Shown here: positions 46,629-55,830 of the stretch, in pieces
How the letters are laid out: each line of letters opens with the position of its first letter
How positions within the stretch are numbered: the stretch's first letter is position 1
From: Candidatus Micrarchaeota archaeon
Lineage (GTDB): Archaea; Micrarchaeota; Micrarchaeia; CABMEP01
Assembly (NCBI GenBank): GCA_026413625.1
Contig: JAOAKO010000003.1
Coordinates: 2,507-66,506 of the forward strand
Direction of reading: 5' to 3'
DNA length: 64,000 bases
Made by a program: the position numbers and the translations under genes
The notes under the pieces: generated by a model
Seen by the model: the letters and a program-made list of their open reading frames with translations, nothing else
What the model was told of the DNA's origin: nothing
Database searches by the model: none

Positions 46629-47849
46629 TTGTTAAACGTTCCAAAAAGAAGAAAAACATTTCAAGTTAGGGTTGGAGAAATTTACATCGGAAGCGAGCAT
46701 CCGATCGTAGTTCAGTCAATGACAAATACAAACACCGCAGATGTGGATGCAACAGTAAAGCAGATCATTGAATTGCACAATGCAGGCTCAGAAATAGTTA
46801 GATTCACTGTAAAGGACGAAGAAATGGCAAAGGCAGTTCCAGACATAAAGAAAAAACTTCTTGAACATGGTTGCAGCGTTCCATTGGTTGGAGATTTTCA
46901 TTTTAACGGAGACATTCTTCTTTCAAAATATCCTAAGATGGCAGATTCGCTTGACAAATGGAGGATCAATCCAGGAAATGCAGGAAGCGATGAAAGATTT
47001 AGAAATGTGATCAAGCTTGCAATAGACTATGGCAAGCCAGTAAGAATAGGAGTGAACGGAGGTTCTCTCGACCAAAAGCTTCTCGCTAGGATGATAGAAA
47101 AGGATTTAAAGAGGCCAAAGGAAAAACAACTTGGCGCGCATAGAGTTTTCCTTGATGCAATGGTAAAGAGCGCATTGACATCTGCGGAATCTGCAGTCGA
47201 TGTCGGAATGCCTGAAAACGCAATAATTCTTTCTGCGAAAGTTTCCAATGTCAGAGATCTGATTTATGTATACTCAACCCTTGCAAAGAAGTGCAAATTC
47301 CCTCTTCACTTGGGGCTTACAGAAGCAGGAGGGGGGTCAAAGGGAATTGTGGCATCTGCACAAGGGATAGGAATTTTGCTTAATCAGGGAATAGGTGACA
47401 CTATACGTGTATCCATTACTCCAAGGCCAGGTCAAAGCAGAACAGAGGAGGTTAGAGTTGCACAGGAGATACTTCAGACATTAGGGCTTCGTGCATTCTT
47501 TCCGATGGTTACAAGCTGTCCAGGATGCGGAAGAACAACAAGCACTGTTTTCCAAACCATCGCAGAGGAAATAAGCAAATATCTACAAGAGATGAGCCCG
47601 GTTTGGCGGGCACAAGGATACAAGGGATTTGAAAGCATGAAGGTTGCAGTAATGGGTTGCATTGTCAACGGTCCAGGAGAATCAAGAGAAGCAAACATAG
47701 GACTCAGCCTACCTGGCTCCGGAGAAACCCCTTCAGCTCCGGTTTTCGCAGACGGAAAGCAGATCGCAACCCTTACAGGGGACGCAAAGAAGATTTCAGA
47801 AGAGTATAAAAAACTGATTGAAGAATACGTGAAAAGCCACTATAAGTAA
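46629..47849 (+). CDS. ispG: 4-hydroxy-3-methylbut-2-enyl diphosphate synthase IspG (GcpE)
   Basis: [37 protein letters not shown] and INPGN are present. The Fe-S ligands are SCPGCGRT and GCIVNGPGE. The start is a TTG, with no in-frame ATG near the 5' end. Confidence 0.9.
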   Translation: MLNVPKRRKTFQVRVGEIYIGSEHPIVVQSMTNTNTADVDATVKQIIELHNAGSEIVRFTVKDEEMAKAVPDIKKKLLEHGCSVPLVGDFHFNGDILLSKYPKMADSLDKWRINPGNAGSDERFRNVIKLAIDYGKPVRIGVNGGSLDQKLLARMIEKDLKRPKEKQLGAHRVFLDAMVKSALTSAESAVDVGMPENAIILSAKVSNVRDLIYVYSTLAKKCKFPLHLGLTEAGGGSKGIVASAQGIGILLNQGIGDTIRVSITPRPGQSRTEEVRVAQEILQTLGLRAFFPMVTSCPGCGRTTSTVFQTIAEEISKYLQEMSPVWRAQGYKGFESMKVAVMGCIVNGPGESREANIGLSLPGSGETPSAPVFADGKQIATLTGDAKKISEEYKKLIEEYVKSHYK

Positions 47850-47960
47850 GGATAAAACGCAAAAACCTAGATTTATAAATATATATCAATTTATTAGTAA
47901 GCATTGAAATAAGTTTACATTATATTTATTTTGTAGATTGTATTATTTTGAGGTTGTATT

Positions 47961-50798
47961 ATGAAGAATTCGCTTGGAATTGTTTTAGTTCTTATTTTGT
48001 TTGGGCTGCTGAGTGCAGCTTCTATAGAATTAATAACTCCTTTAAATAACTCGTTTACTAATCAGTCTTCAATAAGCTTTACATTCAACGCAACATTTGA
48101 TGAAAATCCATCATTTACATGCATGCTTTACATTAATGGAATACCAATCTCACAAAATAATTCAGTTGAAAATAGCACTATAACAGTATTTACACAGCCT
48201 TTGAACACTAGCTTTTATCAGTGGTATATCAATTGTACAAACGGTACAGACATAATAATTTCAGAAATCAGAACTTTAACAATAGATCTATATGGTATCA
48301 ACGCCTCAGTGCCATTTCTAGCAGAACCAGACTCGTTCATTTCCAGCAATCCTGCAAACAATAAATTAACTTTGCTGATAAATGCATCAGACATTGGTCC
48401 AGCAGGAATAGACTATTTGACTGCTAACTTCACTGCATTGAATCAACCAGGAATCACACTTGTTAATATGACATACAATAACACAACAGGTTTATGGAAT
48501 GCAACAATTACAATTACAGATGTAAGCATGTTTAATTTTGCACCTTTAAACGTTACAATATTCGGCCAGGACAAGGCAGGAAACGGAATATTGTATTGGA
48601 CCCCTTACACTACAGTAATACTATACAATATGTCAGTTCCTGGAGTTGATTCGGAATGTTATGATTGGGGTCCTGAAATGACTGATTTGACTGCAATTTC
48701 AAACTTTAATTCAGTTAATTTTACGATAGATATGCAGATTAATGTATCATGCATTAAAAACCAGACATTTTTACCACCTTATCCCTCATGGCTTAATGAG
48801 ATGACCACAGTTGCTATTCTTAATTTTACAAACCTAAATCTTTCAAATCCAGCCATAGGCTCAAAGTTAGCCATGTTATCAAATAATATTAAAGTTAATA
48901 TAACACTTCCAAACCAATTTGGCGATTCGAGAATATTTGTAAACAGTACAGCATTGGCGGAATTCGATACAAACGCAACAATAAAATTGTTCCATCTTCC
49001 GTTCCTTTCAAAACCAGAGATAATTTCAGATGCTGGCGCGGACGGTTTGGATGAAGGATTTACTGTTTTATGGGCGCAAGGAAATAAAGAGGGAAATCTT
49101 ACATTTAGGGTTAAAGGGTTTTCTGGATACAATATAACAGACAATGTAGCACCCATAATAACAATTAACACACCGTTAAACAGTTCCTATGTAAACAGCA
49201 CAACCCCGACAATCAACATAACCCTTAATGGAACCAAGACAGCAATAAGCTATTTGCTTGTTCAAATCGATAACACAAGTTATATATTCAATTCAACCGT
49301 GAATCAAACAAACTGTCAGGCAACAGCAGATCCAGAGATTATGAATTGCGTATTCCAAAGTGCAAGCTTATCACAAGGAGGGCATACAATATTCGTTCTT
49401 GCGCGTGATTTCGGCGGTGTAAGCGGAAATTCAGCTAATAAATCAGCAGTATTTACAGTTGATTCCATAGCCCCTGTTTTAAATATTTCAACCCCGCAAA
49501 ACAACACAATTCTTAATTCAGTCACACTTAAAATAACAGGTGCATCAAATGACGCTAATCTAAATTACACAAACATTTCAGTTTACAATAATACTGGGAA
49601 TTTGGTTAATTCAACTACAACAACAAATACATCTTGGGTAGTATATTTATATGTGCCAAATAATATGAAATATAATATATCAATAAATGCATTCGACAAG
49701 GCAGGAAATAACGCATCATATATTTTAGGAAATATTACAGTTAACGACACCACAGCACCAAAAATAACTGCAATAAGTGCAACCACCTCAGGTTCAACTG
49801 TCACATTGAGCGTGACAACAGATGAATTTGCAGTATGCAGGTATGCAACAACAAATGTCGGTTATGAACAAATGCTGAGCATGGATACGACTGGACAGCT
49901 TGTCCATACAAAATCAATAACCTTCAACTCTTCAACTTCCGGAACGTTTTACGTGGCATGTGCAGATCCAGTAGGGAATGAAATGGTTAATTCAAACACC
50001 ACTACATTCAGTGTTACCGTTTCATCAGGTTCATCTGGGGGAGGTTCAACAACTACTGTTACAACTCTGCCTCCAGTAGTACAGCCACCAACACAGCCAC
50101 CAGCGCAACCACCAGCTGAAGAGATACCGGCAGTCACTAAACCAATAAGCATTGTTTCATCAACTGCTTCAACAGCAACCTTCAATTTGAATACTGTTGC
50201 TGGAGAACCACTGATCATAGATGTTGCAAAATTGGCGGAAGGAGTGGCACAGGCGACTGGAATATCTAAGATTTCCATTACAACATCATCCGCGGTTTCA
50301 AATGTGCAGTTTTCAATAAAACCAGTTGAAAAACCAGCATCCATTCAAGAGCCGGCAAAGAAGGTCCTTAATTATATAGAAATCAATTTCGGAACCTCAA
50401 GCCAGGCTGTTCAAAGCGCAAAGATAACATTTACATTAAAGAAATCAGATATATCAAAGCAGAATGTAGATGCAGATACTATTAAGCTATTGAGATATGC
50501 GAACGGACAATGGCAGGAGCTTCAAACTGAGAAGGGATTCGAGGACATTGAATCCATAACATTCGAAGCAACGACTCCAGGATTCAGCTACTTTGCAATT
50601 GCAGGTGAAGAAATCAAAGCTCCAGCGGAGGCTCCAAAGATAACGACTACAAAAGCTGGCGAAGAAAAAGAATCAGGTTTAATCCAAATTCCTGAGCAAA
50701 AGAAGGAGAGTCCGTTAGGACTAATCCTTTTGATAGCAGTAATCCTTATAATAGGATACATTGTTCTCAGCAGCCAGAAGCCATGGAAGACAAAGTAA
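47961..50798 (+). CDS. large N-glycosylation-sequon-rich surface (S-layer-like) protein with C-terminal TM anchor
   Basis: It has a signal peptide and repeated Ig-like modules that begin xAPxIxI..P.N.S. By eye I count at least ~25 N-x-S/T sequons in the first ~350 aa. A Pro/Thr linker PPVVQPPTQPPAQPP follows. A segment ending TTPGFSYFAIAG resembles the PGF-pre-PGF domain. The C-terminal TM is LGLILLIAVILIIGYIVL. Confidence 0.8.
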   Translation: MKNSLGIVLVLILFGLLSAASIELITPLNNSFTNQSSISFTFNATFDENPSFTCMLYINGIPISQNNSVENSTITVFTQPLNTSFYQWYINCTNGTDIIISEIRTLTIDLYGINASVPFLAEPDSFISSNPANNKLTLLINASDIGPAGIDYLTANFTALNQPGITLVNMTYNNTTGLWNATITITDVSMFNFAPLNVTIFGQDKAGNGILYWTPYTTVILYNMSVPGVDSECYDWGPEMTDLTAISNFNSVNFTIDMQINVSCIKNQTFLPPYPSWLNEMTTVAILNFTNLNLSNPAIGSKLAMLSNNIKVNITLPNQFGDSRIFVNSTALAEFDTNATIKLFHLPFLSKPEIISDAGADGLDEGFTVLWAQGNKEGNLTFRVKGFSGYNITDNVAPIITINTPLNSSYVNSTTPTINITLNGTKTAISYLLVQIDNTSYIFNSTVNQTNCQATADPEIMNCVFQSASLSQGGHTIFVLARDFGGVSGNSANKSAVFTVDSIAPVLNISTPQNNTILNSVTLKITGASNDANLNYTNISVYNNTGNLVNSTTTTNTSWVVYLYVPNNMKYNISINAFDKAGNNASYILGNITVNDTTAPKITAISATTSGSTVTLSVTTDEFAVCRYATTNVGYEQMLSMDTTGQLVHTKSITFNSSTSGTFYVACADPVGNEMVNSNTTTFSVTVSSGSSGGGSTTTVTTLPPVVQPPTQPPAQPPAEEIPAVTKPISIVSSTASTATFNLNTVAGEPLIIDVAKLAEGVAQATGISKISITTSSAVSNVQFSIKPVEKPASIQEPAKKVLNYIEINFGTSSQAVQSAKITFTLKKSDISKQNVDADTIKLLRYANGQWQELQTEKGFEDIESITFEATTPGFSYFAIAGEEIKAPAEAPKITTTKAGEEKESGLIQIPEQKKESPLGLILLIAVILIIGYIVLSSQKPWKTK

Positions 50799-50818
50799 AA
50801 TAGTAATTGCTGGAAATA

Positions 50819-50846
50819 AAGGGCGCATGCGCCCTTAGTTTTTTAT
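50819..50846 (+). terminator. GC-rich hairpin followed by T-run (intrinsic-terminator-like)
   Basis: AAGGGCGCATGCGCCCTT is a perfect palindrome. AGTTTTTT follows it, 21 nt after the surface-protein stop. Confidence 0.5.
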
Positions 50847-50943
50847 CTTTATCTTTTCCTTTTCTTTTATTCTTCATCCTTTGTTCATATTTATATTTCT
50901 TTTCCTCTTAACTGTATTAAACGTTTAACTTAATGGTGGGAGC

Positions 50944-51816
50944 ATGGAGATACTTATTGCTGAACCCAAGGGTTTTTGTTTTGGCGTAAAAAGATCAATA
51001 GATATGGTTGAAAAGGCGCTTAAAGAAGGAAAGAAAAATATTCAAATATTTGGGCCGATTGTCCATAACCCTCAGCAGATAAAGCTTCTTGAGGAAAAAG
51101 GAGTAAAAATGGTTAATTCAATTGATGAGATTCAGCCCGGAACTGTATTCGTAAGGGCGCACGGCGTATCCCCAGAAGTCTTTAGGAAGCTTAAAGAGAA
51201 GGGAGTGGTAGATATAATAGACGCAACGTGCCCATTTGTAAAGGTTGAGCAAGAATATGCAAAGAAGCTTGCAGAAGAAGGCTACCAGGTAATAATCATT
51301 GGAGAGAAAAACCATCCAGAAGCGTTAGGAGCACAGGGATATGCACCAGGTTCAATAATAATCGGAAGTGTGGAGGAAGCAAGGGCACTGAAAGAAGTCC
51401 CTAAAATCGGCGCGGTAGTTCAGACAACTCTAGAGCCAGAGGCAGTTGATGATATAGTGGCGGAACTTTATCACAAGGCAAAGGAGGTAAGGGTGTTCAA
51501 TACAATCTGCCAATCAACAAAAATGAGGCAGCCTGCAGCGAAGAAAGTAGCAGAGCAGGTTGATCTTATGATAGTTGTAGGGGGCAAGAACAGCGGAAAT
51601 ACGAGAAGGCTTGCAGAGGTGTGCAGCAGAATAAAGCCAACATATCATATAGAAACAGCTGCAGAACTAAAGAAAGAGTGGTTTGAAGGAATGAAAAAGG
51701 TAGGGATAAGCGCAGGGGCTTCAACACCTGAATTCATAATAGACGAAGTAATAGAGGCCATTAAGAAAATGGATGGGAGCTCAAAGAAAACAAGCAAAAA
51801 GAAAAGTGAAAAATAA
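50944..51816 (+). CDS. ispH: 4-hydroxy-3-methylbut-2-enyl diphosphate reductase IspH (LytB)
   Basis: PKGFCFGVKRSIDMVEKAL, GPIVHNPQ, DATCPFV, NTICQSTKMRQ and VVGGKNSGNTRRL are present. All three Cys ligands are there. Confidence 0.9.
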   Translation: MEILIAEPKGFCFGVKRSIDMVEKALKEGKKNIQIFGPIVHNPQQIKLLEEKGVKMVNSIDEIQPGTVFVRAHGVSPEVFRKLKEKGVVDIIDATCPFVKVEQEYAKKLAEEGYQVIIIGEKNHPEALGAQGYAPGSIIIGSVEEARALKEVPKIGAVVQTTLEPEAVDDIVAELYHKAKEVRVFNTICQSTKMRQPAAKKVAEQVDLMIVVGGKNSGNTRRLAEVCSRIKPTYHIETAAELKKEWFEGMKKVGISAGASTPEFIIDEVIEAIKKMDGSSKKTSKKKSEK

Positions 51817-51984
51817 AAAGTAAATCGTTTATAGCATTGTTTCAGTATGGGTCATTTAGAAAGGAATTTTGCATGCACCTTTGACCATTTTTTATTGGGA
51901 GTTTTCTTTAGCCATTCAACATATTTTCTAATAAATTCAAAGTGCTCTTTTCGATTTTCATCTTTATTCATCTTAAATTTTTTT

Positions 51985-52602
51985 TCATTTACTGCCATAA
52001 CTCTCATCTAGTTCTTTGATTATATTTTCCTTTATCTTAAAATATGCAATCCAATTTTTAAAAGTTTCTTCATCAATCTTTTCTTTAAATAACTCATAGA
52101 GAAATATCGCATCTCCAACATCCTTCTCAGATTCTAATTTCAGTTTATAAACAATCTGAAGTTCGATTGGAGATATAAACAATCTCTTATTTTTTATTCT
52201 GAGTTCTACACTGTTATTTAATGAAATTACATCTTCATCCATCTTTGGAAACTTAAACTCAAAATTTGGAATGACCTCCCCTTTCCTGCTGAATCTCACT
52301 GCTGTTTTATTTTTAAGATATTCATAGTATGCAGTTTTAGGTTCATTTGTATTCAGACATTCATATTTCTTTTTAAGTCTATTCCATAGTCTTTCAAACT
52401 TTTCATAAGGTATCTTCTCTACAATAATATCAACATCTTCTGTATTTCTGCTTCTTCCAAACACAATCGCCACATAACCAGATACAATAACATATCTTAT
52501 TTTTTCATCGTCTAGAATTCGACAGAAGTCAAAAACGAACTTATCTAATGGTGAAAGAATTTTATTCATTTCAATTGTTTTTTTGCTAAATTTCATTTCC
52601 AT
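51985..52602 (-). CDS. nucleotidyltransferase-fold protein (uncharacterized)
   Basis: YVIVSGYVAIVFGRSRNTEDVDIIVE fits the G-x-S/R...D-x-D minimal nucleotidyltransferase motif. The remainder is helical. Confidence 0.55.
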   Translation of the reverse strand: MEMKFSKKTIEMNKILSPLDKFVFDFCRILDDEKIRYVIVSGYVAIVFGRSRNTEDVDIIVEKIPYEKFERLWNRLKKKYECLNTNEPKTAYYEYLKNKTAVRFSRKGEVIPNFEFKFPKMDEDVISLNNSVELRIKNKRLFISPIELQIVYKLKLESEKDVGDAIFLYELFKEKIDEETFKNWIAYFKIKENIIKELDESYGSK

Positions 52603-52699
52603 TTCATCGCCGACGATTTCTATCTGACATTTGGGTTTTATTTTACCTTACTATATTAATTTTAGTGACTAAACTAAGTTTCCATTTTATTATTTATGC

Positions 52700-53656
52700 T
52701 TAATCTTTAATTCCCTCTGGGGTTACCTTAAAGACGCATTCTCCTTCCGGCATGTTTGGAGAATCAATCAGTCTCGCTATTCTTTTCTCTTCTTTTCCTC
52801 TTCTTACATAAACACGATAAGTGCTTTGATGCGCAAGCACGTGACCTCCAATTGGAGTTGTTGGGTCGCCGAATAAAATCGCAGGATTGTCCATTACCTG
52901 GTTCGTAATATATACGGCTACATTGTAGGTATCAGCAAGCCTTTGAAGCGCACGTATGTGCCTATTTAATTTCTGCTGTCTTTCCCCAAGTGCCCCCCTA
53001 CCAACATAATCCGATCTAAATTGAGAAGTTAGTGAATCTACAATTATCAGTTTTATATTTTCCTTTTTTATTATCTCATCAGCCTTTTCAATCAATAAAA
53101 TCTGGTGGTCTGAGTTCATAGCTCTTGCAACATGAATATTCTTCAGAACCTGGTCTGGATCCATACCTTGGGCCTCTGCGATTTGTCTTATTCTTTCCGG
53201 CCTGAACGTTGCCTCGGAATCAATGAACAAAACCTTTCCTCCTAGGCCTCCTTGTCCCTCAGGCTTTTGAACGTTAACTGCAAGCTGGAATCCCACTTGA
53301 GTTTTTCCTGAACCGAATTTTCCGAAGAACTCAGTTATTGCCTGTGTTTCTACCCCTCCGCCAAGCAATTCATCAAGCTCTTTTGATCCGGTGCTAATCT
53401 TTGCTATTTGTTTTCTTCTTTCGTAAACCTGATCCCCAGTTTCAAAACCTATTTCAGTTGATTTCTTTGCCGCCTCAATTGCTTTTTTTGCATTGTCAAC
53501 GCTTATATCGCCTATTTCTGCAAGTTCATGGGGTGATGCAGTAGCAATCTTTTCAATAGTATCATATCCCTCGCTTCTAAGCTTTTCAGCGGTAGCAGGG
53601 CCGATGCCAGGAAGATCCTCAAGCTCTCTTACGTACTCTGTTTTTTCTTTTGCCAT
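52700..53656 (-). CDS. radA: DNA repair and recombination protein RadA
   Basis: The N-terminal HhH is [15 protein letters not shown]. Walker A is GKFGSGKTQ and Walker B is LIIVDS. Confidence 0.93.
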   Translation of the reverse strand: MAKEKTEYVRELEDLPGIGPATAEKLRSEGYDTIEKIATASPHELAEIGDISVDNAKKAIEAAKKSTEIGFETGDQVYERRKQIAKISTGSKELDELLGGGVETQAITEFFGKFGSGKTQVGFQLAVNVQKPEGQGGLGGKVLFIDSEATFRPERIRQIAEAQGMDPDQVLKNIHVARAMNSDHQILLIEKADEIIKKENIKLIIVDSLTSQFRSDYVGRGALGERQQKLNRHIRALQRLADTYNVAVYITNQVMDNPAILFGDPTTPIGGHVLAHQSTYRVYVRRGKEEKRIARLIDSPNMPEGECVFKVTPEGIKD

Positions 53657-53865
53657 ATTCCCACCAACATTATTTAGCTAAAATCATTGCTAATAAATGC
53701 ATTATATTCAGATAATGCATGTATTAACTTACTAAACGTTTGTGTATTAAACTTACATATTTATATATCTCATCTAACCTCATTTCCACTGATTTTAAGA
53801 ATTAAATAAGCAAAATAATAGATCTTAATAAATATAAGCAACATATAAGCAGATACGAGTTTTAA

Positions 53866-54825
53866 TCATTCTGCGAATTCCAGAATTTTATTGAGTGATT
53901 CTTCAGGCGCTTCTATCGTATTTAGGAACAATACATCACATTTCTTCAATAATCTCATATATGCTTCTCTTCTTACCCTCATTTTCCAATCGTTATTTTG
54001 AAGCCAATGAGGATTAAAGAAATCGTTTCTTAACAGGTGTTTCAGCGCCTCTTCAGGCCCCACTTTCTGAGTTATTTCTTTTCCTTTTTCCCTTCTGAGT
54101 ATTACAAATTTTGCTATGTCAGCGGCGTCTGTTATTTTTTCTTTTCCAACTGCTTTCGCAAGATTTATAATCGCTCTTCCTTTATTATCAACTTTAGCAT
54201 ATTTCATTACATCTTTGTATTCTTTCCAACTCTGACTCAAATCCGTTCTGATATACGTATTTTTTTCGCTTCTATATCCGGTAACAGTGCTGTTTATAAA
54301 TTTAAAGTAAAACCAGTCATCAGCAACGATCTTTGTATTGCTCTTTGTAAGGAGTCCGTAGCTTAAAGTTGTCTTGCCCGCTCCTGAAGGGCCGATTATG
54401 CAGGTGCCGTTTCCATTTACATTAAGCAGGGCTGCATGCGCAGAAAAGATATTATGGTTATCTTCCAATACGTCACCCATCAAAGCAAGCGCAACCGATT
54501 TTAGCCATCCGTAGTAATTGTTGTTTTTGAAAAACGCAGTTCTGGATTGCGGGTCATATAAAACAGTTGGATCACCTTTCGCATCCGAACCGGATTCTAT
54601 TGAAAACAATTTGGCATGCGATCTTATGTTCTCGTCAATAAAAAACCAGTTTTCATCCCACTGGTCTTCCCATTCTTCACTGTCGGAATATAAATGTAAG
54701 CATCCGCCACTGATATTCGCCTTTCTTTCAAAAATTATAGATTGCAGGTATTTTTGATAAATCCTTTCCTTTTCCACAATAGATATGAGTTTTTTCTTAT
54801 ATTTTGTTTTGCTCTTAATTTGCAT
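53866..54825 (-). CDS. HPr-kinase-like (PEPCK-type) P-loop protein
   Basis: HAALLNVNGNGTCIIGPSGAGKTTLSYGLL..KIVADDWF parallels the HprK C-terminal domain pattern H-G-x-l-x(5)-G-x-l-i-x-G-x-S-G-x-G-K-S...DD. The start is the ATG at 54825, or possibly 54885. Confidence 0.6.
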   Translation of the reverse strand: MQIKSKTKYKKKLISIVEKERIYQKYLQSIIFERKANISGGCLHLYSDSEEWEDQWDENWFFIDENIRSHAKLFSIESGSDAKGDPTVLYDPQSRTAFFKNNNYYGWLKSVALALMGDVLEDNHNIFSAHAALLNVNGNGTCIIGPSGAGKTTLSYGLLTKSNTKIVADDWFYFKFINSTVTGYRSEKNTYIRTDLSQSWKEYKDVMKYAKVDNKGRAIINLAKAVGKEKITDAADIAKFVILRREKGKEITQKVGPEEALKHLLRNDFFNPHWLQNNDWKMRVRREAYMRLLKKCDVLFLNTIEAPEESLNKILEFAE

Positions 54826-54944
54826 AATTATGGTTGGAAAGCAATATTTATAATATTTACACGTGTATATAAAGATATCAAGCATGCTAGCAAATCTAGT
54901 TAGTCTGGCATGTACTAATAAGCATTAAAATAAGGTGAGATAAT

Positions 54945-55301
54945 ATGAAGAAATTAGGAGTGTTAATGGCTTTATTCCTTTTAGGAAGCTTGATTTTTGC
55001 AGAAACAGGATCAGCATCGGAAGCAGGTACGAATATTAAAAAAGTTCTTAGCGCAATATGTAATTTGTCTGCCGGTTTATTGGGTCCAATCGCATTTGTT
55101 TTATTTGCGCTTGCAGGAGTTGTTTATGCAGGCAGCCAATTCTTTGGTGCTGAGGCAAGGGCAACTGGCTCAAAATGGGCAATGACAATGATTACTGGAG
55201 CAATAGTGGCGTTCTTGCTTTGGATAATTGGGCCGATGATAATATCTGAATTAGGCGGCGGTACGTATCGTATCGGGACAAGCGCTTGCACTGGTTTCTA
55301 A
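54945..55301 (+). CDS. VirB2/TrbC-like pilin candidate, paralog 1
   Basis: 118 aa. Signal peptide MKKLGVLMALFLLGSLIFA, then a Cys (SAIC), hydrophobic helix 1 (LLGPIAFVLFALAGVVYAG), basic loop FFGAEARATGSKW, hydrophobic helix 2 (AMTMITGAIVAFLLWIIGPMII) and a C-terminal Cys (SACTGF). A strong SD (AAGGTGA) precedes the gene. Confidence 0.6.
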   Translation: MKKLGVLMALFLLGSLIFAETGSASEAGTNIKKVLSAICNLSAGLLGPIAFVLFALAGVVYAGSQFFGAEARATGSKWAMTMITGAIVAFLLWIIGPMIISELGGGTYRIGTSACTGF

Positions 55302-55343
55302 TATGAATGGATTTTCCATTCTTTTTCTTTTTAGTTGATTTTT

Positions 55344-55748
55344 ATGGTGCGCGCAAGGACTAGAATCAGACAGCAATCACGGAAAAATACAAGCAGTGGT
55401 TCTTTGCTAGTCTTTGCTCTTGCTTTTCTTTTAACAATTTCATTATCATTTTCGCAAACATCAGGTTCTACCCAGGCATCTGAGAAGCTAAAGACAACCC
55501 TTTGCAGTCTTTATAAGGATCTGAATTCAGTGATTCCTACAGTTGCGTTCGTACTATTTGTATTGGCAGGAGTATCATACGCAGGAGGCCAGTTTTTTGG
55601 AGCGGAAACGAGGGCAAAAGCAATTTCTTGGTCTATGTCCATGGTTACCGGTGCAGTAGTTGGATTATTGATAGTGCAGGTTGCTTCTGTTCTTATTTCG
55701 AATCTTGCAGGCTACAAGTTAAGCGAAGTCTGTCGAGAGATAAAGTAG
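55344..55748 (+). CDS. VirB2/TrbC-like pilin candidate, paralog 2
   Basis: 134 aa. The long Arg-rich signal peptide is MVRARTRIRQQSRKNTSSGSLLVFALAFLLTISLSFS. It is followed by TTLC, helix 1 IPTVAFVLFVLAGVSYAG, loop FFGAETRAKAISW, helix 2 SMSMVTGAVVGLLIVQVASVLI and a C-terminal EVCREIK. Confidence 0.6.
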   Translation: MVRARTRIRQQSRKNTSSGSLLVFALAFLLTISLSFSQTSGSTQASEKLKTTLCSLYKDLNSVIPTVAFVLFVLAGVSYAGGQFFGAETRAKAISWSMSMVTGAVVGLLIVQVASVLISNLAGYKLSEVCREIK

Positions 55749-55830
55749 AGTTTTCAATTCAATCTATTACTTTTTAAATCTTTTTAACAAATTGAATGTA
55801 TTCTATATAGATTATACAATAGGTGAAGAG

